Shown here: positions 14,442 through 25,785 of the stretch, in pieces
Position numbering within the stretch: the first letter of the stretch is position 1
How the letters are laid out: every line of letters begins with the position of its first letter
Origin: Euprymna scolopes
Lineage: Eukaryota
Assembly (NCBI GenBank): GCA_053919585.1
Contig: CM132823.1
Reading direction: 5' to 3' (one strand)
Length of the DNA stretch: 64,000 bases
Notes under the pieces: generated by a model
Databases searched by the model: none
What the model saw: the letters and a program-made list of their open reading frames with translations, nothing else
Told to the model about the DNA's origin: nothing
Translations under genes and position numbers: made by a program

Positions 14442-14600
14442 CCTCATCCTCCACATACTGATGGTGACCATCTTCGATTTGGAACCTATTAATGCGGTAA
14501 TTTGGCTTCAACGGACAGACAGAAACGTTCTGCATGAGAGCTCACTCAGCATCATATGCTCACCACATGGAAGTTGTGGGAGTTGAGCCCTTCACCTACC
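14442..14600 (+). pseudogene. CCCH zinc-finger exon remnant (PHPPHTDGDHLRFGTY*CGNLAS...CMRAHS..LTTWK)
   Basis: Acceptor TTTTCAG|CC. Copies at 6455-6600 and 6814-6880 (+), and at 41400-41515, 58815-58978 and 61495-61617 (-). Confidence 0.5.
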
Positions 14601-16544
14601 TTGGTTTTAATAATTCAATTTTACCTTTAAATCTGCATTAGGGTCGAGAATATGAAACTGAGAAGTGAAGACAATGAAGCTTTAGAAACTATATTCCAAA
14701 TTTTGGCAATAGAAGGTGGAGGTCTATCACGAATTCTTTGCTTACATTTTACGTAGTTTTTATAAAAATGTTATTGTCCAAACCTACCATTGCATATGTG
14801 TGCATGTATATGCATTTATGTGTACACAGTTCTTAAGTTATATATTCATAGGATTTTTTGATGTTTGGAACATTAAAGTTTCTGAATATAAGATGCTTAG
14901 AGAGTTTGTGATGACAGACGTTAGTTGTCTCGCTTTTAGGTCTTTGCCAAATTTAAGTATTTTTATTAAATATTGTTGCGAATTTATTTTCTTAAGTGGA
15001 TCTTCAAAGAAAAGACAGGTATTTATAAACTACATATTTTGACAAAGATAACTAGTAGATATTTTTTTAATTCAGTGAAATTCATGATGGGTCCCATTGA
15101 AGTCAGTGTAGACGTTTCCCCTGATATTTTCCAGTCCCTTTTACAGGCTATTTCAGATAGCTTCATATATGAAGCAGCTTCCAACGTCCACTTCCTGGAA
15201 TCAGTAGTGCCACAACTGACATGCCCATTTTTGAAAAGAGGAGATTTATTAACTGTGCCGTGTACAAAATAAAGCATGTTCTACCATTATGGCTACGAGG
15301 TGGTGCTTTTGCAGTGTACCGACAGTAAAAAGAATAAACGTGCATCAAATTAAACAGGTAAGCTATGTTCAAACTTTCCATGTTAAGTATTCGAACAAAC
15401 TATGCAACTATCGTAGGAAAAGTTCTTAGATTCACATAATTTCAGGGTTAAAACGGGTTCGTAGATTACAAACTGAATCCAAATAAATTTGGAATTTATC
15501 ACGAATGCAACTGTCCTTTTCCACATTCCCATGAGAGTTTGAAGTGTGGAAATGGATGCATACGAGTGACCGTTTTGAGGCAAAATTAGTTTACCAGTGC
15601 AGATGTGACCCAAGGCTGATAATTGAGTGGTCACATTTGGAAAAATTGAATAATTTTTTAATCAACTTGTTCAAATTTTAGGTGGAAAAATCCGGTTTGT
15701 TTGCTTACCATAAAATGACACCCATGAAGTTATTATCCAGGATCTAAACGAAAGATTAGTATAAAAAAACAAAACAAAACAAACAAAAAAAAACACGGTT
15801 TTTAAGTGAAACTTCATGTTCTGCTTAGATTGTCCAGTAAATATCGGATGCTGACAATTTTTCCTATTTTATTCAATGTTTTTTTTAGGTATTAATTTCA
15901 CTTCATAAAGAAATAAAAATATATTAAATCAAAAACTCCTGTATTTCTTTAATAGAATAAAAAAAAAATTAAAAATTGGTAAGGGCAAAAACTGATAAGT
16001 GAAATGGGATCATTTTTCAAGTATGGCGAGTCATATTGACCAACTTTGTATTTAGAATCAAATGTCAGAAATACAAAAGGGAGATAAGGCACATGGCTTA
16101 AGACATTATTTATGGTCCCTCTAGGCATCCGTCAACAGCGACATCGCTTTTTTAATAGCGCAAAGTTCCAAAAAGGCGGTCTCTTCCGCAGCTTTTGCTT
16201 AATACCCTTTATTTAAAAAATGGAATATAATATAAATATTGACAAATTCTCAGAGGAAGAATGGAAGCATCCATTGATTAGTATTTTATATAGGCAAGTA
16301 ATTTTTTGAATTTATATAAATTATATTTAGATCAAGTTAAAATTTGTTGAATTTTGTGAAATCTTTTTAAAGAATCGATTTTAAAAAATTGTATATTTGA
16401 TGAAACCTTTTATTTTAAAAGGTGGTCTTTGCTCCTTTTATTGAAAAACATTTAGGGTTTGAAGCTGTTATAAGCTTCGAAAGATAGCGAGTCTATCTAA
16501 TCAAATGTTTATCCACTACTTTGTAATGGCGACTTCTGACACTG

Positions 16545-17092
16545 CTAGCCCTTCACCTACTTCGGCTTTAATTTTTGAATATTACCTTAAAATCTGCATT
16601 AGGTTAGAATATTTTTGAAAGAGGTGATAAAGCTTTAGATACTATCTTCCAAGTTTAGAAATGGCAGGTGCAGGGGGGGGGGGTCTTCCATATCATGAGT
16701 AGTGTTTACATTGTTTTTTTTTTTTTTATATAAAAATTTTGTTCAAACCTACTATTGCTTATGTGTGCATGTACACATTTGTGTGTGCACGCACTGTTAA
16801 GTAGGATATTCGTAGCATGGATTCTTTTGATTTATGGAGCATAAATATTAAAGTATGAATAAAGTATTTTGGTGAATGTTTATGGATGAAACTAGTCATG
16901 CGAGATCAGAGTTAGTGATGCCAGACTCATCACCATCTCGCTTTTAGACCTGTGCCATTTTCTATCACATTTTAAAGTATTTTTTACGGTTAAATATTGT
17001 TGAGAATTCGTTCTGAACTTATGTTCAAAGATCAGAACAAAAAGGAAAAGACAAAGGTATTCATGATATATTTTTAACAAAGCTAACAAGTC

Positions 17093-17127
<35 letters not shown>

Positions 17128-19100
17128 CAGTGAAATTCATGATCGGTCCCATTGAAGTCAGACTGAAAACGCTTCCGATATTTTCCAACCCCTTTTACAG
17201 ACTATTTCGGATAGCTTAATGTATGACCCAGCTTACCACATCCAGTTCTGAAATTCTAATGCCACAATTGACATGCCCATTTTTGGAAAAGACGGGAGTT
17301 AGTTTGTTAACTGTGCCGTGTACAAAATAGAGTACGTTCTACCATTACGGCTAGGAGGTGGTGCTTTTGCAGTGTACAGGCAGAGGAGTAAAAAACAGGA
17401 TAAACTTGTATCAAATTAAACTAGTATTCGAGATTAAACAATCGTTAACTGTTCTACACTTTCCAAAATGGATTGCTGTCTTTCAGCTAACAATTTCCAG
17501 GGTTTAATTCGCTGCTAATTCCAAACTCCACTATCTCAGTTTCTGTAAAGCTTTTTATTCATGAGCATCCAATACGAGATGACAAGAAATCTAGTTACTT
17601 CAAGTTATTGTAATATTCGATGGCCTGTCATGGAAATAGAGGGGTAATTTTTACTCAATACGTTAACAGTACAACAGCATCGATCATGTCCAGGAACTGT
17701 ATGAAGGATCCGTGGCAGCACAAGGCAGAGATAAAAATTAAACCTCAGAAGATGCCAATTTCTTTGGAGGTAGTAGTGCAAAGGCAGACTGTTCAAATAG
17801 TAAACTACATTAATTTAGCTACTGTAGAAGTTTGCGCACACAGACTTAAAGTGGTGCCAGTAAAAGTTACCGGGTAGTTCTAATTTAAGAAAAGCATTCT
17901 AGACATTTCAAACAGTTCATCGAAGACAACTTGTTCTGTCCTGAGGTACGCTTTTCAACTTGACATTTATTGCTAACAGAAGTTCAAAGACTCAAAATGG
18001 TGGCAACAAAAGGTTGACATGTTGGCTTTGGATTTAAGGAAGCATATTCAAATTCACTTGAGAAAGCATTGCAGACCTTTCAAACATATTCTAAGGCAGA
18101 CGATTTTGTTTTACTTAGGTTCACTTTTCACCTCTAGATAATTTACACTGAAATTAAAATTATTGCTTTAATGTGTCAAATATTTTTACAGTGTTATTTC
18201 AGATAAAACTATCTTTTAAGCGAATTCACTCCCGAGTGAAATTCATTTTCAAATTATGATTCACTAATAAATTAGAGGAAGTGGGCGAAAATGGGAGGAA
18301 ACTAGTTCAAAGTGATCCAAGTGCACGAAGGAAAAAAGTGATGAGAAATACTAGATGGGCAGAGGGAACACAGGCAAATAATTGTGGCCAAAAGAGAAAT
18401 CATGTAATAAGTAGAGTGCATCTCAACTTGATGGCCAGATTATGTTCGTACATCTTTTTTGAGTGAGCGAGTCTGATATATTTTATCAAAATAACGACAC
18501 GGTATAGTATTAAAATGCGTGGAAGGTGTACATTCCCCATTCGGTCGTTTTGGTATCGTTTGGCGCGTTTTTATATAGTCGAATAGATGGAATGGTTCTG
18601 AAAACTTCGATATGGCAGAGAAACAATATGTGTGGTGGTAGTGACATTTTTAAGTGGGGCTTTTGCAGCAAATCTGAATAGCCTTTTTTCGTAGTGAAAA
18701 TTAATAGTTTGGAATATTTTAATGAGTATGAATAGATGTGATCGTTGATTTTTGGTGCGTCGTCAACAAATGTGGTATTGTTTTTGTGGATAAGGATGTC
18801 GTGAAATGGTAAAGAGTTTTTTGTACAGATTAGAAAGTGCAGAAATTTATAGTTTCTATTTTAAGCAATTTGTAGTGAAGGAACTTGCAGTGTTGCCTTG
18901 AATCAGCCAAGTTTAAAGTCAAATGAAAACATGTATCTTTGAAGTCCCTTAGAAAAGCAAAATGCATTTATGCCTTTTCATAAAGGCCGATAATTTAAAA
19001 ATGATAAGAGTCAATACGTGAATGCTTTTGCTTTCATTTGTTTTGTCATAAAATCGAGGAACCATTACAAGTATGCTCCAGGGATTCTGAAAATCAAGAA
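16545..19100. repeat. Left copy of an older inverted duplication block (mate about 38940-41410)
   Basis: Examples: 17660-17710 ACAGTACAACAGCATCGATCATGTCCAGGAACTGTATGAAGGA equals the reverse complement of 40562-40605. 17960-18300 matches the reverse complement of 39960-40310. Confidence 0.9.
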
Positions 19101-19447
19101 AAAGAGTCAATGAAATGAGAGCTTGCAATCAAAATACGAATAATCGTTGAACAGGTTTTAACCAAACATTTCTAAATTAATGAACAGATAATTATGAAAA
19201 AAATAGGGTTCCAGAGAAACTATACCATAAAAAACAATATTTAAATTTAAAAATTTAATATTAATTGCCGATACCCGTCCTAGTACAAGTATTCACATAT
19301 ATTAATTTTTTAATGATAGAAAAATTGTGCAATGCTACTTCTGTATTCAAATTCAATCATTTAATCCCAACTTTTGTAGGATCCTTCCGATTCTAATGTC
19401 CCCAGAAACCGATATAAATTTTAGTTAAATTTTTTAGAACCGCTTTA

Positions 19448-19484
<37 letters not shown>

Positions 19485-19509
19485 AGGTAAAAAAAAGTTC
19501 AAACACATG

Positions 19510-20170
19510 GATCCTTTTTCCTGTTCATTCACAATTTAAGTGAGAAAGGGATAAATAGTCGTGTCTCAAATGATGCAGAGAATTGGATAGGACAAATTAT
19601 TTAAGATTCTCAAAGTTGTAATTTAAACAAAAATGTTAGCTAAAACTAATAAACACCCTCCAATCAAAATTGACTGGCAAAGTATAATTTTTTATGTAGT
19701 GTTTATGCTAATTTCTACATTTTTAATCATTCAATATATGGTGTTTTTATTTAATTATCCAATGTTTATGCAAATTGCAGAGTGAAAGATGAACTTTTTA
19801 TCTGTATTAGGCATAATTATGAAAAACAAATGAATCCTTTCCTGTTCATTCACAATTTAAAACTTGCCAAACTAATGTCCACCTAGTGAGAAGGGGAGAT
19901 AAATAATCGTGTCAAATGATGCAGAGTATTGGACTATTTTTAAGGTTTCCAAAATTGTAATTTCAAACTTATGTTTGCTAAAACTACTAATCTACATTCT
20001 CCAATCAAAATTGACCGGCTTAGTATAATTTTTTTATGTAGTGTTTATGCTAATTTCATAATACAATTTTTTAGAATCATTCAATATGGCGTTTTTAGTT
20101 AATTACATTCTTATGCAAATTGCAGAGTAAAAGATGAACTTTTATCTGTCCATATTAGGCATAGTCATGA
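19510..20170 (+). repeat. Local tandem duplication of about 330 bp
   Basis: ATCCTTT..CCTGTTCATTCACAATTTAA...CAGAGT.AAAGATGAACTTTT...ATTAGGCATA occurs at about 19510 and 19833. Only one copy is present in the right arm (about 51135-51460). Confidence 0.8.
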
Positions 20171-21099
20171 ACATTTTGATCAAACTCGTTAAGTAGCAAA
20201 ATATAAAACAATTCTTGCAGTAGTAACATAACTGCTTTCAGTATTTGAGACTGATTTAATGTCCGTCAATAGGTATTTCAATTTAAAAAAAAACATACAT
20301 TTTAATATTGACTGTTGAATGATAAATTATCGCCATTGCTTGATAATATTTAAGTTTTCGAATGGTTCACAATAAACTAATGTTAGTTTTGGGAATTCAT
20401 AAAACGATCTTTATCTTAACGCAGCAACAATATACAACTTAACATGAATTTTTTAAAGTTAGGTCGATGGGGTTTCAATAGCAGAGTCCATTGGCCCCAG
20501 CTTTACCAGATATATTTGGCAGCAATTGTTAGGGCTGTGACGAGAATATTCTTTAAAAGCATATTCTAAAAATAAAGTTTTGTGCCGAAAATATGCTGGA
20601 ACAAATATTAGAGCATGGGTAAAATTTTTTCTCCCAGACAGATAAATTAAACTTGTTCAAACACTTAGGTGTGAATTTACAAGAGGGTATAAAATTTGGT
20701 CTGTAGTAAAGGAGTGATATAGGCAGATCACTCAACATGCCCATCGCATTGTGCTTGTAGTATTAGTTCCCAGTATGTAATTACAAAATAGACTATGCAG
20801 AAATTAGCACTCCTGATGGAAGATGGCAAGATTTGAATAGGAATTTAAAGATTACCAGTTCACTGGCGATTGCTTAACCTGCAAATGCAATATTCAGATA
20901 AGTTATAGCGCATAAGATTTGAAATAGTTGTATCAGATTAGTATTGTTATACAAATTACTGTAATTTGTATTTCGAATTGCGTAACGAAAAAACTATCCG
21001 TATAAAAATTTCGTTGAATGTTGAGATTTAATCAGCCATCTACTCGGCACGTTAATTAAAAGTTAATGCACTGAAAATATCTTAATACTTATAAATATT

Positions 21100-22350
21100 T
21101 CAGTTGTACAGATCAAAAGTTGCAAGTCTTTACTGGAGCAGCATTTAAAAACCAACATATGGCGAAAAAGACCTACATGGTAACATCAGGCACAGTTCCT
21201 ACTGCAACTGCTCGTGATTGTCAAGAAGTCAGTACAAGTAATTTGTTCAATGCTGACTTCTGCAAAGCGTCGATTGCCATGGATATCCCGTTCAATAATA
21301 TGAGCAATGACGTGTTCAGAGAATTTCTACACAAGTCCACAAGTAGAAATATTCCGGATCAGACTACCATTAGGAAATATTAGGTTATATTGGGGAAGGT
21401 TATATCAATATTCCATAAGAATCTTTCACTTAGTGATACAAGCACCAAGTGAACGTTTCAACAATTTGCCCCACTATTAGTAAAGTGAACAAAGCAAAAG
21501 TTAAGTCACCCAGAAAAAAGAAACGTGAGAATGAAACTGGGTCTCCATTGACGAAACTAATGGATGTAGAGCAGCGTTTTATTGCTTTGAGTTTGGCATT
21601 CTAAGGGTAGTGGGGAATAACGTTATTTGGGAAACCTTGCATGTCTGCCAAAGCTAAATCACTATAATTTAGGCATTTTTCAAAGATTCATTGAAGTTTT
21701 TGTGGCTGCAGCAAGCGCTTTACAGCATTGTGCTCCTCAAAAGATGCGGTTTCACTTGACAAAAGCTGTGAATGCTCTCCAAGTATTGTACCCTAAAATG
21801 ATACAAGTGCTTAGCCCAGCATACCAAAAAGTGAATAAGCTCATTTCCACAGAAGAGTAGGTTTTAAAGGCACCCAATAGAATCGACAAGTTCAGAGAAC
21901 TAGTTCCAGGGATGCCCCTTCTACCGAGGTGGGGGTACATGGCTAGAGGCAGTGCACTATTATGCTCAATATTTACATGAAATTACTGCCGTGATGTCCC
22001 TAGATTCAGAGGAACAAGGTATATCAGAGTGCCAAAAACTGTTGAATGCTGCCCTGCTTATCAGATTTATTGCAAAGTTTTTAAATGTTAAAATATTACG
22101 AAGAGACGAAATGGCCGAGTCTTAACATCTATTGGATTACTTGCCGAGGTCGAAATGACACTAGAGATGGACTTCCAATTTCGTAGAAAGCTTAGTGCTT
22201 TCAGAGAACAGTTAAGTGCCGAAGAAATAGCCAGTTTCATGTATGCTCCGGTAGTCTCCTGCAACAAGTTTTTTTTACAATATAAGACTTTTAACAGACA
22301 ACCGAAGAAGCTTTAATATTGATAATTTAATTGCAAAATGCAATGAATGA
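21100..22350 (+). pseudogene. hAT transposase pseudogene (CGGBP1/DUF659-like)
   Basis: FNADFCKASIAMDIPFNNMSNDVFREFLHKSTSRNIPDQTTIRKY; WVSIDET..DVEQRFIA; ALQVLYPKMI; LKAPNRIDKFRELVPGMPL..RWGTWLEAVHYY. Stops and frameshifts. Confidence 0.8.
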
Positions 22351-22488
22351 AGTGTTTAATTGTTCAAAGTATTTATAGTTTAAAAAAAATAGCGTTTTTC
22401 TAAATCTTGACCTATTGCATTAACCGAGTTGAACAAAATTGATAGAATTTGTAAACTACTGAATACCGTTGTAACACTTACCACAAGC

Positions 22489-25400
22489 AATAGAAAGCGT
22501 ATTGCATAAAATAGAAAGCGTATTGCATAAAATAGAAAGCGTATTGCATAAAATAGAAAGCGTATTGCATAAAATAGAAAGCGTATTGCATAAAATAGAA
22601 AGCGTATTGCATAAAATAGAAAGCGTATTGCATAAAATAGAAAGCGTATTGCATAAAATAGAAAGCGTATTGCATAAAATAGAAAGCGTATTGCATAAAA
22701 TAGAAAGCGTATTGCATAAAATAGAAAGCGTATTGCATAAAATAGAAAGCGTATTGCATAAAATAGAAAGCGTATTGCATAAAATAGAAAGCGTATTGCA
22801 TAAAATAGAAAGCGTATTGCATAAAATAGAAAGCGTATTGCATAAAATAGAAAGCGTATTGCATAAAATAGAAAGCGTATTGCATAAAATAGAAAGCGTA
22901 TTGCATAAAATAGAAAGCGTATTGCATAAAATAGAAAGCGTATTGCATAAAATAGAAAGCGTATTGCATAAAATAGAAAGCGTATTGCATAAAATAGAAA
23001 GCGTATTGCATAAAATAGAAAGCGTATTGCATAAAATAGAAAGCGTATTGCATAAAATAGAAAGCGTATTGCATAAAATAGAAAGCGTATTGCATAAAAT
23101 AGAAAGCGTATTGCATAAAATAGAAAGCGTATTGCATAAAATAGAAAGCGTATTGCATAAAATAGAAAGCGTATTGCATAAAATAGAAAGCGTATTGCAT
23201 AAAATAGAAAGCGTATTGCATAAAATAGAAAGCGTATTGCATAAAATAGAAAGCGTATTGCATAAAATAGAAAGCGTATTGCATAAAATAGAAAGCGTAT
23301 TGCATAAAATAGAAAGCGTATTGCATAAAATAGAAAGCGTATTGCATAAAATAGAAAGCGTATTGCATAAAATAGAAAGCGTATTGCATAAAATAGAAAG
23401 CGTATTGCATAAAATAGAAAGCGTATTGCATAAAATAGAAAGCGTATTGCATAAAATAGAAAGCGTATTGCATAAAATAGAAAGCGTATTGCATAAAATA
23501 GAAAGCGTATTGCATAAAATAGAAAGCGTATTGCATAAAATAGAAAGCGTATTGCATAAAATAGAAAGCGTATTGCATAAAATAGAAAGCGTATTGCATA
23601 AAATAGAAAGCGTATTGCATAAAATAGAAAGCGTATTGCATAAAATAGAAAGCGTATTGCATAAAATAGAAAGCGTATTGCATAAAATAGAAAGCGTATT
23701 GCATAAAATAGAAAGCGTATTGCATAAAATAGAAAGCGTATTGCATAAAATAGAAAGCGTATTGCATAAAATAGAAAGCGTATTGCATAAAATAGAAAGC
23801 GTATTGCATAAAATAGAAAGCGTATTGCATAAAATAGAAAGCGTATTGCATAAAATAGAAAGCGTATTGCATAAAATAGAAAGCGTATTGCATAAAATAG
23901 AAAGCGTATTGCATAAAATAGAAAGCGTATTGCATAAAATAGAAAGCGTATTGCATAAAATAGAAAGCGTATTGCATAAAATAGAAAGCGTATTGCATAA
24001 AATAGAAAGCGTATTGCATAAAATAGAAAGCGTATTGCATAAAATAGAAAGCGTATTGCATAAAATAGAAAGCGTATTGCATAAAATAGAAAGCGTATTG
24101 CATAAAATAGAAAGCGTATTGCATAAAATAGAAAGCGTATTGCATAAAATAGAAAGCGTATTGCATAAAATAGAAAGCGTATTGCATAAAATAGAAAGCG
24201 TATTGCATAAAATAGAAAGCGTATTGCATAAAATAGAAAGCGTATTGCATAAAATAGAAAGCGTATTGCATAAAATAGAAAGCGTATTGCATAAAATAGA
24301 AAGCGTATTGCATAAAATAGAAAGCGTATTGCATAAAATAGAAAGCGTATTGCATAAAATAGAAAGCGTATTGCATAAAATAGAAAGCGTATTGCATAAA
24401 ATAGAAAGCGTATTGCATAAAATAGAAAGCGTATTGCATAAAATAGAAAGCGTATTGCATAAAATAGAAAGCGTATTGCATAAAATAGAAAGCGTATTGC
24501 ATAAAATAGAAAGCGTATTGCATAAAATAGAAAGCGTATTGCATAAAATAGAAAGCGTATTGCATAAAATAGAAAGCGTATTGCATAAAATAGAAAGCGT
24601 ATTGCATAAAATAGAAAGCGTATTGCATAAAATAGAAAGCGTATTGCATAAAATAGAAAGCGTATTGCATAAAATAGAAAGCGTATTGCATAAAATAGAA
24701 AGCGTATTGCATAAAATAGAAAGCGTATTGCATAAAATAGAAAGCGTATTGCATAAAATAGAAAGCGTATTGCATAAAATAGAAAGCGTATTGCATAAAA
24801 TAGAAAGCGTATTGCATAAAATAGAAAGCGTATTGCATAAAATAGAAAGCGTATTGCATAAAATAGAAAGCGTATTGCATAAAATAGAAAGCGTATTGCA
24901 TAAAATAGAAAGCGTATTGCATAAAATAGAAAGCGTATTGCATAAAATAGAAAGCGTATTGCATAAAATAGAAAGCGTATTGCATAAAATAGAAAGCGTA
25001 TTGCATAAAATAGAAAGCGTATTGCATAAAATAGAAAGCGTATTGCATAAAATAGAAAGCGTATTGCATAAAATAGAAAGCGTATTGCATAAAATAGAAA
25101 GCGTATTGCATAAAATAGAAAGCGTATTGCATAAAATAGAAAGCGTATTGCATAAAATAGAAAGCGTATTGCATAAAATAGAAAGCGTATTGCATAAAAT
25201 AGAAAGCGTATTGCATAAAATAGAAAGCGTATTGCATAAAATAGAAAGCGTATTGCATAAAATAGAAAGCGTATTGCATAAAATAGAAAGCGTATTGCAT
25301 AAAATAGAAAGCGTATTGCATAAAATAGAAAGCGTATTGCATAAAATAGAAAGCGTATTGCATAAAATAGAAAGCGTATTGCATAAAATAGAAAGCGTAT

Positions 25401-25785
25401 TGCATAAAATAGAAAGCGTATTGCATAAAATAGAAAGCGTATTGCATAAAATAGAAAGCGTATTGCATAAAATAGAAAGCGTATTGCATAAAATAGAAAG
25501 CGTATTGCATAAAATAGAAAGCGTATTGCATAAAATAGAAAGCGTATTGCATAAAATAGAAAGCGTATTGCATAAAATAGAAAGCGTATTGCATAAAATA
25601 GAAAGCGTATTGCATAAAATAGAAAGCGTATTGCATAAAATAGAAAGCGTATTGCATAAAATAGAAAGCGTATTGCATAAAATAGAAAGCGTATTGCATA
25701 AAATAGAAAGCGTATTGCATAAAATAGAAAGCGTATTGCATAAAATAGAAAGCGTATTGCATAAAATAGAAAGCGTATTGCATAA
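22489..25785. repeat. Perfect 21-bp minisatellite (AATAGAAAGCGTATTGCATAA) x157
   Basis: 3297 bp / 21 = 157 units; no variant units seen. Confidence 0.98.

Larger units (their letters stand above)
11240..15165. repeat. Left copy of a young inverted duplication block (mate 58248-61252)
   Basis: 11240-12790 and 13860-15165 match the reverse complement of 59563-61252 and 58248-59562 with only scattered substitutions. The ORF track also shows shared peptides. Confidence 0.92.

Noticed and set aside
16110-16200. Possible R4/NeSL LINE C-terminal remnant on the minus strand
   Set aside because: Only a vague similarity over fewer than 20 residues.
18222-18245. Short hairpin TTCACTC-CC-GAGTGAA retained at about 40016-40038
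   Set aside because: Too short. Retention is explained by the duplication, and it is degraded in the other related copies.
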